A model generated the notes under the pieces. That model was not told where the DNA came from. It did no database searches and worked only from the letters and a program-made list of their open reading frames with translations. From Pocillopora damicornis (taxonomy: Eukaryota): 64,000 nt of DNA. Shown here piece after piece: positions 25,798 to 39,400 of this stretch (position 1 is its first letter; every line of letters begins with the position of its first letter). The stretch spans positions 186,001 through 250,000 of the forward strand of contig NW_020843402.1 in NCBI RefSeq assembly GCF_003704095.1, given 5' to 3'. The position numbers and the translations under genes are program-made.

Positions 25798-28288
25798 TCA
25801 AGTACATGCACACAAATCCCCTGGACAGTTTCCCCGGGCACAGTTTTCATTACACCATTTATCCATGCCTGCATTCCCTTGCCACGCCCCTATAGCATGG
25901 CAAGATCCAGATGGAGGTCCACCTGTAGGAGGCCCAGCAGAAGGGGGCTGGGTACTAGGTTCTGGCCATGGGGAGGGGATGGGAGGTCTTGTTCCCCCGC
26001 CTCCTCCCCCTAATGCTTGCTTGACGGCATTCATCAGAGGATACCTTAGTGAGACAGGGTTGAAGTCAGTAGATAATTAATGAAATAAACAGACTGCTCT
26101 CAATTTGACTTACAGTATGGGACATGTTCAAAGCTTTCTGGACGAAGCAAAAGAAGAAAGAAATCGCTCAGTTATTTCAAAGCTTGACTTACGTACCAAC
26201 TTGGAACATTAGAAAACTGCTGAGTCGTAACATCATAATTCACAATTCGACCACCTCTTGAGTTAGACAAGGCACAACAATTTCTGTTAAAACTATTCTA
26301 CTAGACTACACTTTATCACATAAAATGTTCGAAGAGCACAACTGCGAAATTGTTTTTTTTTGTTAAAGAAATCAAAGAAAAAAGTAACGTGGTATTTTTA
26401 CCTCCCTTTTTTGCAAAAAGAACCCTTGAAATCATCCAGATCCAGCGCCCAGAACATGGCACCCAGCAGATTTTTTTCTTTAATGACAGAGTTCACTTTT
26501 AGTGTCAAACTCATCTCATCATCGTACCCCACCCACTGATCTCCTTTGTATCCATACGGGGCTTTCACTGTGTTGTCCTGTACCACGGTCAGACCCATTG
26601 TACAAATCTCGTAATAGGACAGGAATCCCCCTTCTCTGGTGTATTTCCCTGGGGTAGCCTTTCCACTGGCCGAAGCTCCCAGTCCATTCTTATTCGGATT
26701 GACAAGCTTAAATGCTCGGCCATAAGTTCCTAATCCTAGAGCGATTTTCTTACACGGCATACCCTGAATAATAATAGGAACAAATCTAAGAGTGCAAAGG
26801 TACGAGTAATTAGACTGAACAAATCAGTACAGGACAGAACAACCCGAGCAATCTTATTGAAACAAATGTACAACAAATAAGCATCAAAGTGAAACTCTTC
26901 GATTGCAAAAAACTGACAAACTAACAAGTTAATTTCAAGAAAGTTTCAACACCTCAGTGGATTTCGATACTTCGAAGAATCACTGACTAAAGCGATTCTG
27001 TAACTGAGACTTCAGTGTCTAAAAGTTGTCATGATAAAATACAACCTAAATCAGAAAACGATGTCTAATTCTCTAATTAATGACATGCTTCCTTGTTAAA
27101 ATCAAACATTACCTTATCCATCCAATATTGCACTGCGTGGGAGACTGTAAGTTTATCACCTGGGGGACCCTCCAAAGCAGTGTGATGCCCTGTCTGGGAA
27201 TCCCAGCTTCCATGAAGATCGTATGCCATCAGGTTGATAAAGTCTAAAATGCCAGCTAATTTGCTGATCTCGTATGCCTTGTCAATTGTTGCGTGACCAG
27301 CGGCTACGGCGGCTGTTAGCAGAAGTCGTGGCTTTCCGCTCTCAGCTGACTCTTTCTTAAAAGCAGTGAGCAGTTCTTGGCAAAGGATTGTGAAGAGTTG
27401 TTTGTCCCCAGGCGGAGAGTTGCCACGATTTCCAGGATACTCCCAGTCTAGATCAAGTCCATCAAAGTTGTACTGTCTCAACAAACTAAATAAGGAGAGA
27501 GAGAGCGCGGAAAAGAGTGAGAACAAATCTAAACAAACAGAAGCTTCAGGAAGGAAAATTCTTTGCCCGTGGAATGGCACAGGTTTACTTTTTCAGTTGA
27601 AACTACGACCCAATCAATTGAACATCGCCTTTGGTTGCTTGCTACTTTCTTCCAAATTTAAGAATACAGTGTTTCAAAACTCTTAACATCCGAGGATAGT
27701 CAAATTCGAAATAAACGTGTTTTCTCACAATAAATCTATTCCGTATTGTTACACGATAAAACCGCCATGTTAATGATCACGAAGTTCTCTTTTCTTTGAA
27801 AAGATGCAAGTGCCAACTACTTTCCTATCTAACTCGAAACAAGAACAAGGCAGAATTAGGATCTGAATTCATGATTTTGAATTCCAATTTCTTACACAAG
27901 TTTCTCACCTCTTTATAGAGTCAATGAAGACTTTTCGTGTGGCGATCGTTCTCACCATGCGAGAGAATGGACTTTCAGTACCACTCTCATGGTTCCAACC
28001 ACCAACAGCCAACAGTGTCTTCAACTCAGGGTTATTTTCTTTCAAATTGTTAAATCGGACGTACATTTTATCGTCGTTCCATTCATACATGGCAATCATG
28101 TTCTGTTGGTTGATTTTGGCGAACGAGTATATGATATGTGTGCACAGGAATGGGTCAATGTCCTCTGGAAAGAACTTGGCCCCCGCCGGTCGATACTGGG
28201 CCCAGTTTGTGTAATAACACATTCTGTAGTATGCATTAGAAGTTGCTGACACAGCCATCAACGCTAACAACACAGTTAAGGCTCGCAT
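25798..28288 (-). CDS. Secreted GH18 chitinase (453 aa) with Gly/Pro linker and C-terminal 6-Cys module; exons 28288-27909, 27485-27113, 26763-26402, 26044-25798
   Basis: Signal peptide, [19 protein letters not shown], intact catalytic [19 protein letters not shown] and [12 protein letters not shown]. Exon lengths sum to 1362 nt in frame. Probable 5' UTR exon donor near 28681. Confidence 0.96.
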
Positions 28289-29819
28289 TCTCAACTAAAC
28301 GGATTTCTTCTCTGGAAAAAGACAACCACGACAACGACAAAACAAATTGCTACACGATAGTCTAACAAACTGTACCAGCCTAAAAAACAGAGGGTTAGGC
28401 CGCACCCCTACTGGGAGATTTCTTTTCGAAAATCTGAATCTATCATAAAAACTCAAGTTACATATACGATAATTCGCTTTCCTCATTCATTTGTATTTAT
28501 TTCAATGCCTGTCTGCCTCACTATTTCTTCGTTAAGAACTCTTCACGGAAAACCAGGTTAAAATTGTATACTTTCCTTCCATGAGTGAGTTTGAACTGTA
28601 GTATCTTTGATATTTTTTCACAACATTGATCTTTCTAGAGGGGGAAAACGTTGACCAGGATAGTGAGAGATAAGTGATTTACCTTTCTTGAGTGGCGCAC
28701 TAGTCTAGTTTTACAGAGTTAAAACACGATCGATTAATACCTTCGAGTAGCTTCACAACTGTAGTTCGTCGGAGACCTTACGAAAGCTTTTAACAACAGT
28801 CAGTTTACACTCGAGCTGATTTTTGTATTTGCAGCTGCCTGAGATGTGTGTACATAAGTAGGAAAACTGGTTCGACTGTGCTCTCACACCTGTATAAACC
28901 CTTGCTTTTGGGAAAATAAAGTATGGTAAACGAAGAGAGAGTAGAATTTAGTCAGAAATCGAAAATCAAATGCTTTTGTTTAGGCATGAAGTACCTTCCT
29001 CACAATGGATCTTTTTAAAATTTTGCAAATTTCAAACAATTCAATTCTCAAATTTCAGTTATAGTAATTCGACGAAGTTTTTGTTATTGAGGTTCATTTT
29101 ATGGTTAAGAATACATAAAAATGGAAATAATTAAAAGAAATATTTTTAGTGATCTTGTGTTGAGAAACTATCTATTGACCGTCGTCTTATCTCCGCACAC
29201 GAACTTGGAATCATATACAAAAACCGGACACATTTTAACTCCTCGTTTCTGCTGTCATTATGTGGCATTTGATGTGTAACAATCCTGAACCAGCTTAAAT
29301 TACTATTTCTCCGTACACCACAAGGGCCTCGGAGAGTGACTCAAGATAGCAAGTAGCTATGGTAACTGGATTTATTCCTTTGTAGCCCTAGAGAGAGTGG
29401 GATATTTTAAAGTCAGCCTTTGCTGCTTAATGGTTGCATTTCGTTTTTGTTTAAAGTCATCATCTGGACACTAGGTTTGCGCTTCTCTAATGACTTCAAT
29501 CGGCTGATGATGACCCTTATTGATAAATGAAAGCAGGAGCCCACCATGGGCTCCTGGTGTAAGGCACATCTTTAAATTAAGATTTTCCGGAACCGTCGGA
29601 GTGACAGCAATGCTATAGTTGGGTTACACGTTCTTGTTTCTACACTAGCTTGTTTGTTGAGGTGTTCGTGTCCAGCATTGATGCATTTACTTTTTCTTTG
29701 AACACAATTGATGTCTTTAGATATACAACTAAATGGCTTGATGAATTTTCTGACTAATAAGTCCAGATATCCTAATTCTTCTGTAAACAGGTCAGCACTG
29801 AAAGCAAATATGTCTATTA

Positions 29820-29880
29820 CAACCTCGCTTCCAGGGTCTCTACTAGTGGATACAAAGGAAAGAGACCCTAAAATGACGTT
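29820..29880. repeat. Short inverted-repeat MITE remnant
   Basis: caacctcgcttccagggtctct ... agagaccctaaaatgacgtt; the arms are complementary. Confidence 0.5.
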
Positions 29881-31257
29881 TTGACTTTGAAAGACTTTCA
29901 ACACCTGAATTGTCGACCTGCACTTGGAAACAATGTTGTATTCACAGCTGATTGAACACAGAGACATGTTTTGCATTCTGTCATATCTACACTTGACCGC
30001 GTTCTGTTCTCGTCGTTTCCGCATAATAGTCGTTTTGTTGCCCTCTTCCCGCAAAAAAGCTTACGTATTGTACCGTATTTACTGAGGATTTGACCAAAAA
30101 ACTAAATATACGTTTACTATCATAGATCTGAGTGACAAAAAGTACAATCTTCAGCACTCTATACTTGTCTAGCTTGAGATCGAGGCTATTACATCAACAG
30201 AGGCATAACAAACAGAATTTTTCTTTTTTAAAAGCCACACCATCATTTTGAAGTTAGTCGTGATAATTGTGCAGGCGAGTAGTGTCTAACAGCACCAGCA
30301 GTGTCTTACACAAGACGAATTCAAGCGCTATGCTAGTGCTAAATGTAGAGTGGTGAACGTATTGCTTGAAATACTTCTCTCGAATTTAGTGCGATCTTTC
30401 GTCTGTTAAATCTGGTGACGTCTCTAATCAACTTTCAAGGAGCGTGAAATCACATGAATCCGATGACCAACACTCGTTTAATCAGAGGTCAACGACTCAA
30501 CGATAGTCGGTCTCTATATACACAAAGGATACATGGAGATCGATGTTCTTAACAAATTAACGCCGTCTTGCGTCTTCTGTTTTTACCTCACATCGTCATT
30601 CTGATCTCTACTCGCACCATTTAAGAATAGTAAAAATTTCTCACTGCGTTAGACGTTTGGAGAACGTAAACTATTCCTGTCTTTCTTTCTTGAGCGATGT
30701 CGGGGTTCGGGCGCCATCTTGGACTGGCTAACCACTCGCCTCGATTTCGTGCAAGAGCTTTGAATTCCGCTGGCAATTTTTAAAATTTTTTTTAAGCAAT
30801 AGGGTCCTGCGGGTTGACTCGTGTCGGTCCATGACCATTTTCGTATTATTTCACTCAGATAATTAAAGTGTACTCCAAGACTTGTGTTTATCTTACAAAT
30901 TGGTCACTAAAAAGCGTTTTTATTAACAAACGAACGGATTCTTAACAAAAAGGCGCATAGTCCCTTTCAAGCATAGATACGAAATAAATTAATATGTTAT
31001 ATTCATGCGTAAACGTACACGAGAAAGATATTTACAACCGACGGAGAGAAAGATAGTAGAGTTTTGCTTCAGGTTATGTGGCAGTGTGCAGATTAACCCC
31101 CGATCAAAAGGAATTTAAACGTATGACATTTTTTAACACATGAAATGATTCAACAATGGAAAAGGAAAATCGTAAGCTTTGTGAAAAGAGGAAATGAAGT
31201 AATGTTTCTTTTAGATGTTTTCAACAGAGATGTAAAGAAGCTGTTCAAGCCCCCTCC

Positions 31258-34200
31258 TCACAGCAGCGAGTTGTAATAAACGTCCTCGGGGAACAAGGTG
31301 TGAGATTTCTCCGCCAGATACCTGCAATTACACACATAAAAAAAAAATTATGAAACTATCTTTCCTCGAATGAAATGTTAAAGCTTCCAACGTACAAGGG
31401 ATTTGATATCAATGAGAAACTGAAACCGTAAATTTTAAGGCTATAATGGTTAAAACATAATCCTAACTTTCTCCAAATTTATAAAGGGGGTAAGTTTCTA
31501 AAGAAACTATGGTGCTGCGTCACTGAGGGAGTATAACAAGATAATTTGGCTTTATCAACTGAGTTGATGATGTAAATTGACCACCGTAAAGAGTTTCTAA
31601 GCTGCCGTTTTAAGCGTTAACCCTTCGTTAGAGCGGGCAAGATTTCCCTTCAGCTTCATATTTCATCATGCAACCACTTATTTCAAAAAGAAAACAATGG
31701 CGAATAGTCTACCTATGGGATAAACAGAAATCTTTCTTTCAGCTGCATTGATTGTTTTCTTTCAATATCTATTTGCACTACCACGGAAGTATGCGGTCTA
31801 GGAAATGACTAGTCAATTAGCAAGGACGGTCTGAGAAGTTACATGAGCACCCACCTGAGAAATGTATTTATTTGCTCCAAAAGTACGTCAAGATTCTTCT
31901 CGGGCATATCTGTTCTTGCTAACAAGCCAGGCAGTTTGACTACACGGGAAAATATGAAAGTTTTCAATACTCATGAAAAATGTCTACGTTTTGTTGGAAT
32001 TTGCGACATTCACCAAGGTTTCCCTTACATCACAACAATGAGGATTTCATAACTATGTCGAAGGGAGAGCAAAAATCACAAAATTGTGGCATAACTCCTC
32101 CGGCCGCCTTCTAAAAATTTCTGAACTCCCTGGGAAATATCAGTAGTCGTCGGATTTGATCGGTCCTCTAAGAAAAATTCTGGCTCTCCGAGCATAAAAA
32201 TCTCAACATAATCCGAAAGAGGAAAATGGCGATTTGAGCGTTATACAGTCATTTTTTCTGGTTAAATATCTTAATAACTTACCGAATAATCTTAATAAAT
32301 GCTCAGGTCCGTAGACCTGTGAAGGCATCGTGTGGGTAGAAACACTCAGCGAGCAGGGAATGGGTAAACTTGGAAATGTTGCTGCTGTAATTTGAGACGA
32401 ACAATCCTCTATCTCCACTGCTTTCTGAGGAATAAAAACAATAACACTCGATGGGTACCTCATTGATATTTTCAGTCATTTAAAGCGTCACTGAGGCTAT
32501 TGCTTGTTTCATTTGCTCAAGGAAGTTATTCGTCATATCTCCAAAAGAGGTGGGTTGTTTTGGTGGATACTATACTGTTTAATTTGATTCAGCTTCTTAG
32601 TTTCCTTACGCTCGGTCAAGCTTCAAAAATTCCATGGTCCGGTGGACTGGAAGTTGACATAGGAGGCAATTGCAGTAAGGAACAAAGATAACTTACCCGT
32701 TTTGGTGCGGAAGCATTGCATTCTGGACTCGATGAAGTGGATGACACTGTTGCAGACTGGGAAGCCTCAACATTTGCCGGTGAATTTCTGGGCGTACGTC
32801 GACGTAGAAGTCTTTCTTGTTTGGCTAAGGGAAAGAAAGTAACAAGCAACATATAAATCTTCTTGATTTCTGCTACTCAGGTTTACTGATGCATAAGTGG
32901 CCACGCTTTCCTGATAGATCACAAAAGCTCAACTAAGTTCTTTGTTAGTCCAACTCAATCCAGTTCAAAACGTGATTGACAACAACCACAGCTACTTTAC
33001 AGTTACAATTTATTTCAAAAATTAAAATGTAAAAATACCAAAAATTATCTTTATCATTTTTAAAAAAAGAATTCTAATGAGTTATTGTCTAGAGTGCAAA
33101 CAAATTAAGAATCATGGGTGTACAAAAAACACATGTGAGGGGGTGGGGTGGGATAATGGACAAACAGTGCCTTGTAATGTATGCTTGCATTGTGCCTCCT
33201 CACTGTACAATGATGTAGGGTTATGCCATCCAACGACCAAGCAAATGAAAGTTAAAGGGAAGGGCAATGAAATTTAAATTGAGTGAAGAGTGTTGGACAT
33301 GTGATTACCTACTACCAGATATTCAGTGATTACCCTCTGATCAACAATTATCAAATGCTTAGAAATAACGTGATAGAATTTGTAATAATGAGCAAGGAGA
33401 ATAAATAGGTTGTATTTTACAATATATTTCCAGTCAAAATGGTTCCAAACTAGTTTGATTAACATTTCCTTCTTTTTCCAGTTACATTGCTTGAATCCTT
33501 CAAGAAGGCAAAACACAAATCAAACTAGTTTAAATTCATTTTAACCCTCAATCACTTGGACTAGAAGTGCACACCTTCTCCTTCCTTTGTATCAGTCTGA
33601 TTTGTAACAATGTTTGCAAAATCCTGCTTCACAGGAGAGCTTTCTGTGGATGAACTAACTATTCCATATTTATTATCTGTTGGTGTTTTTCCATTTAATT
33701 CTTCTTGATGTCTGTCCTTAGTTTCCTCAGGGTGAGGGGTGAATTTCATGACCATTTGATATTGCTCACGTTCAAAGTTGTAAAGCAACAAAGTTGGAAG
33801 AGTAAAATCAAAATAAATGCGGAGACCATCCATTGCCTCTTTGACCAAGTTTGAACTGTAGGTTAGCAAAGATTTGAAGATTACTGGGCTAATATTTTAT
33901 GGCTAGTAAATAATAAGATGAGCAAATACTATGAAGCTACCTTAAAAATAACAAGTTCATTCTGTGAAACGAATAGTAGTTGCATGTACTTGCCATGGAC
34001 ATTTGCATTATTTACCTCTGTCCAGGGTAAAATTCCTGATAATGCCGGAAATAATCTTGAAGAACTTGAACAACATTTGGTGTCCTGGGAAGCTTCACAA
34101 GCTGGGAAGAAAATGAAAGTTATTTACCAGGAGGGAGGTTCATATCAAAAAGGCAGTATGGTGTGTTCCCTTACAGACCTAGGTCTGTGAATAGCTTTCT

Positions 34201-36248
34201 TTATTTTTTTGGCTTTTTTGCTTTTTTTTGCTTTACCACAAATGGTGCAAAAGAGGAAAAAATCTGGACCATGGACTGAATTATAAGAAGCTGAACTGGT
34301 TAGGAACACACAGGCAGCCAATCAGTTTAAAAACACCTACTCACCTGTTGGTGAGTAAAGATGTGGCATGATGCTAACCATAACAAAAATTACATCAAAA
34401 TGTTTCAATGTTGCAAACCAAAGTAGAATTGTAGGAAATTTCAAGAGGTAGAGTGTCTGTGCTCNNNNNNNNNNNNNNNNNNNNNNNNNNNNNNNNNNNN
34501 NNNNNNNNNNNNNNNNNNNNCAGATGCACAAGATATTTTCAACCATCCCAGTCACCAATGGGAAGTGTACAAATATTAGTAGTTATAAGAAACTTCTTAC
34601 AGTGAATGACTATCAGTGTGTGATAGAGAGCAAGCCTCAAAATCATAAATGATTTTAACTTTGTATTTGATTTTTAAGTGGTAGAAATAACCATTAAAAG
34701 TTTTCAGTTGTAATTACCTTCTTTTTTCTTTTAATAAAGTAACAGTCATCTTCAAGCTTCAATTTCAACTGACTTGGTATTTCAATTTCAACTTTTGGTA
34801 GTTCTGGGTTTTCCACCTTCAAAAACATTAATTTTTTGTCATGAGTTCCCAAGTTGTATCAAACCAGCCAGGAAAACTCACATGAGGTACATTACATTCT
34901 TGGATTTGAAACAAAAACCACACAAAATAAACAAAGAAAACAGCAACAATTAAAAAACAACAACAAACCATAAAAACAAACAAACAAACAAACTGGAGAC
35001 AAACTAACCACTTCTGAAATGGATTTCCTTTCAGATTTGCCAGCATCATCAGAGTCCTTGCTTTCTGAACCTTGAAGAAACCTCCTCTTCTTTTTCATCC
35101 TTGTTCTAGCCATGAAAATTTTGAAATATGTTGAACTGAGCACTTAAGACTCCACTGAATTTGATTATAAATTCTTTGCTTCCTGAAATTCACTTTTATT
35201 TGTATTTTTAACAACATACTTCAGTGCTTGCTCGTGGAGTCTGCTCATAAGTGATCTGTTGTTTTCTGTATCTTTCAGAACTTGATCTTCCACCACCCAG
35301 CGATCCCAGCTGATAAAATAACAATTGTTCATGTAGTACATTCTTTTAATATAGATTAACTTAAATAGGAAAGTCAGTATCCTGGCAAAGCAACCATTTT
35401 TATAGTTCATTAGCTGTGACAATTTTTATTTAGAAACAATATCATTACTTGATCCTCATGATGCATACCTTCCTTCTTTGCATTGATCACTATTTGGTAA
35501 TAAAATGTTATATCTACAGTATAGACTGAGTTACCTTCTGTTCCAACCATTAAAATGAATGAAATATTCTGGAACCCTTTTCCCTTTGTCATCTTTGGTG
35601 ATATCAACTTCTAGAACCTGGTTAAAAGTGACATTACATCAACAAAGATCATTTAGTAACCGCAAATTAATTTAATTAGAACGATTAAATTCCGCTCGGA
35701 CGCTTTTTATAACAAGCAATTGTATGAAATACCTGGATACATTCGAGAGGCGATGGTGGAGAGATTTTTAAGTGAAGGACACTACATGTGCCACTCTACT
35801 TTTAACGTTCACATTACCCGTGGAGGGTAGAAAATTTAAACTTTTAATCTAGTTGGTTTTGTACAGCTTAAAAGCGCAGTACATGAAAATGAAATCAAAT
35901 ACAAGTAAAGCTGATTAACTCGAAACCTCTATACCTCTGATTCAAGAATTTTGATGATTATCCGCAAAACCGCGGACAATATGCAGGATAAAAACACGCC
36001 ACTTCGGCACTAGCTAAGCGTGTTGATGTCAGACTGCTAGTGTCACGCCAGAGTTTCTCAGCTGAGTTTTCTTGGTTCCATTTCACTAACAGTTATCGAC
36101 AAATTTATCTACAAATGGTTCTAAATAAACAAACCTTTGACTCATATAGCACTCGGGCCTTGTTAGGATCAGGCTCGTAGCAGAGGACTTTTTCTCCTGT
36201 GGCAAATTTGGGAACTGGATTACTCCTAGTCTCCCGAACTGTCGCCAT
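31258..36248 (-). CDS. MSL3: Male-specific lethal 3 homolog (chromo-barrel + MRG domain), 422 aa; exons 36248-36135, 35617-35535, 35309-35220, 35105-35009, 34816-34718, 34101-34016, 33855-33575, 32824-32697, 32424-32283, 31939-31855, 31321-31258
   Basis: [85 protein letters not shown]. The EPDP.KARVLY motif is MSL3-type rather than MRG15-type. Exons sum to 1269 nt in frame. Confidence 0.93.
31484..31635 (-). mobile_element. Penelope-derived terminal-repeat fragment (MSL3 last intron)
   Basis: ggggtaagtttctaaagaaactatggtgctgcgtc..gcgttaacccttcgttagagcg; same family as 20923. Confidence 0.75.
34465..34520. other. Assembly gap (56 N) inside an MSL3 intron
   Basis: Run of N. Confidence 1.
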
Positions 36249-36441
36249 GATTTGGATGTTTTGGCACTCAACGTGAAGGCTACATAAGTCAACTTTCTTT
36301 TAATAATGCAACAGCTGATCGTTGTAATCGCTGTAGATCACAGGCGGTTCGCGCATTTGTTTTGGAAAGAAAACCGCTGAAAATTATTGAGAAAAGCGAG
36401 CCTGCCGAGCCTGCCCATGTGAGTATACGATCTGCAGGAAT
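36249..36441. promoter_or_regulatory. Bidirectional promoter MSL3/MCTS1
   Basis: Only 193 bp separate the divergent ATGs; CpG-richer than the flanks. Confidence 0.75.
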
Positions 36442-39400
36442 ATGTTTAAGAAGTAAGTCGAAATTTTTTAGAGCGTTTACAGTTTCCGACGGTTTGCTTG
36501 AGGGTTGATATCTCGCGCTTTATATAGATCCGGTGATTTGAATTGATTTCTGATTTAAGGATGAAAATAATTTTTTTTCAAACCTCTTCTTTGCAATACT
36601 TATCATCGGGAAATTTCGGGTTGACCTATCCTCCATCGAAGATGCAAATACCTCCAAAATTCTGGCTGTTTTAGATTTTGCTTTTATTTTAATTTTTCCC
36701 TCATTATTCTTGGTCCCGAAATGTATTAAAGACAATTCGATTCTCTAATAATCTTTATATAGCATTATTTGTCAACAAAATTGAAATTTTCTTTGAAAGA
36801 TTTCAGGCAAGAGAGTCTGTATCAGGGGTAAGTCAAGTTAAGTCATCTGTCCAGCGTGGGATAAAAACCAAATTGGTGGATCAATTCCCTCCTATTGATG
36901 ATTACATAGCGCAAATATTTCCAAAAAAGGAACCCCTAGTTCTTGTGAAATGGTGAGTCAAATACCTTCATTTGTTAGGATTATTCAAGAACAGTCTGTT
37001 AACTATTTTTTTAAAAATTTTTGTAAAAGATGATTACTTGACAATCACATGATAATTGCAAGTATCTGATAACAGGCCAATTAGGAATGCCTTGCTCATA
37101 ACCCCAAAAGAAATTTCAAAACATTTAACCTTTTACACCCTAATATCAGTATGTATATTCTCCATACTGTTCATCGTACATTTCTTAAGGTGCTGACGAG
37201 GAGAATTTGTTAAACAATCAAGAGCTACTTCAGTTGGTGATCATTTCCCTTATTCTTGTGACCTTCATGTGTGATACAGGGAAGATATTGGGGGAGAAAT
37301 TAGTTGTTAGTCACTCTTAGGGGTTAAAGGGTTAGTTGGCATCACTGTTGTTGGAGATTTTTTAATCACTCTGTATTCAGTCACTTGATAAATAATAATT
37401 GATTGAAAAATATACCTGTGTTATAAGTATATAGCAAACTGAACTAAATCACTTGTCACATTTCTAACACTTTGTTTTTTTTTTTTTATAGTCATGAGCA
37501 TATAGAAATATTATCTGTCAACCAAGAGATTCTTTTCTTCAGACAAAGAGAAGGAGATTACTTACCATCTCTTAGACTCTTACACAAATGTAAGTTGCTT
37601 ACTAAAAAATTTAATTTTAGGTTTAATATTGGGTGAACAGCTTTTTTTAATTATATAAATATAATTATACATACATACATTTATGTAGAGGAAAATTACC
37701 AGTGCTGGTCTTGATGTTGCTGTTGTTGTTTTACTGGTTTGTCAACTGGCCATATAAAAAGGTTGGGTTTGGAGCCCTGAAAGTTTCTTTCTTGTCTAAT
37801 TTTCTGGAAGTGTGGAGTTTGAAATAAATAAAGAATACTAGATATTTCACATAGTTTATTTCACTCCATAGTTTCTGTATTTCTGCCAGAAGATGTGTTA
37901 TCAAAGTAAATAGCAAGTGGTTTGAAGAAAAAAGAATCAAATACTTTATTGTCACATTTTAAGCCCTGTAATTTTATAATTTTTTCTTCCTTGCCTAAAG
38001 GAACTTAACTTATGATATCTTTTTTTTCCTAGATCCAGTCATTTTACCTTGTCAACAAGTTGACAAAGGAGCAATCAAATTTCTACTAAGTGGTGCAAAT
38101 GTTATGTGCAGAGGTTTGACCAGTCCAGGAGCAAAGCTTGCAGACTTGCCAAAGGGAGCAGTAGTTGTATCCTTTCTCAGATACTAGCCTGACCCTCCTT
38201 GTCAGGGTTTTCCTCTCTATTTCTTACCCCCACCCCCTTCCTCCACCCCTTTCCTCAGTAAATACAGAAAAATAACAGGGGCCAGACTGCAGGGCTGTAG
38301 CCATTAGAAAGGGGCAGGGTGGAGTATACAATTAATATAGATGTAGGTTGGTGAGATGCAGTGAAGTTAACAAGGAGTGGGGAGAGGGAGGAGTGAAGTA
38401 GTTTACCAATGAGTTATGTCAAGGGGGAGGGGTGTAGTTTTCAAATGACAAAGCTTTAGAAAATTGTTTGGGTCTTTTCTAGTCATTCTCTCTCAAGAAG
38501 ATGCTGACAGATGTTCTTTCTCTTGCCCAAAGCTTTGGTCAAAATCTGTAAATGGATTTTGGAATACAGGAACTCTTAAGTTTTGAGGGATTGTAGGTCC
38601 AAAGCTTCTATCTACAAAGGCAAGCTTTTTTGGGTGGTGATAAGGAAGCTCCTGCTTGCTCCATACCAAAGTAACGAGCTGTTTCCTTCATGAGAAACTT
38701 TGATATTAGGGATTGTTGAATTGAATAGATTACAGAATTACCCTTTGTCATGACTTCCCATAGAATTAATAATTTGACAAAGCAGTATTTTCATCAAGCT
38801 GAGCAATTTTCTTTCATCCCCCTTTCTTCTTCTTTTCTATGTTTTGTTTGCCTTTACTCAAGCTTAGGCAATAACTGCAGAGGGAAAACAACATGCTCTA
38901 GCAATAGGAAAAATGACAATGTCTGCAGGAGAAATGTAAGTGAGACCAGTACAGATGTAGTAATTAGGAGAAATTGTTTTCTTTTATCAGATGAGGTAGG
39001 TGTTCTATGAAATTTTTTTTAAGAAATTTGAACTTGGTGGAAAGCAAAATAAGGGAAGGAAAACAAAAGGCTACAACAGACAAAATCTCTTCTAAGGAAA
39101 GTGAATTTTTGAAGAGAAGTACTCAACTTTTCAATTTTTTATTTTTCTTTGTGAAGCCACATTTTTCATGATCTTTGATTTCCTGTGTGAGATTGTATTC
39201 CTCATGTAACATATGTGTAATAAAATAGTTCTGCCCATAAATGAGTGTCCTGTTATTGTACCTGTTTTGTTTGAGTTTTGATTGTTCTGTTGAACTGCTT
39301 TGAAGGATGCTATCTTCTAATCACTTTGTCATGTTCATTTTGTTTTATTTTTTTTTTACCTTGGCAGACGAGATACAAACAAAGGAATTGGTATTGAGGT

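Noticed and set aside
29572-30054. 160-aa ORF with a faintly RhoGEF-like stretch (EELGYLDLLVRKFIKPF)
   Set aside because: Runs through a MITE remnant, has a non-ATG start, and the similarity is too short to support.
32425-32696. Possible extra MSL3 exon inside this intron
   Set aside because: Stops in all three frames; the flanking exons already join in phase 0.
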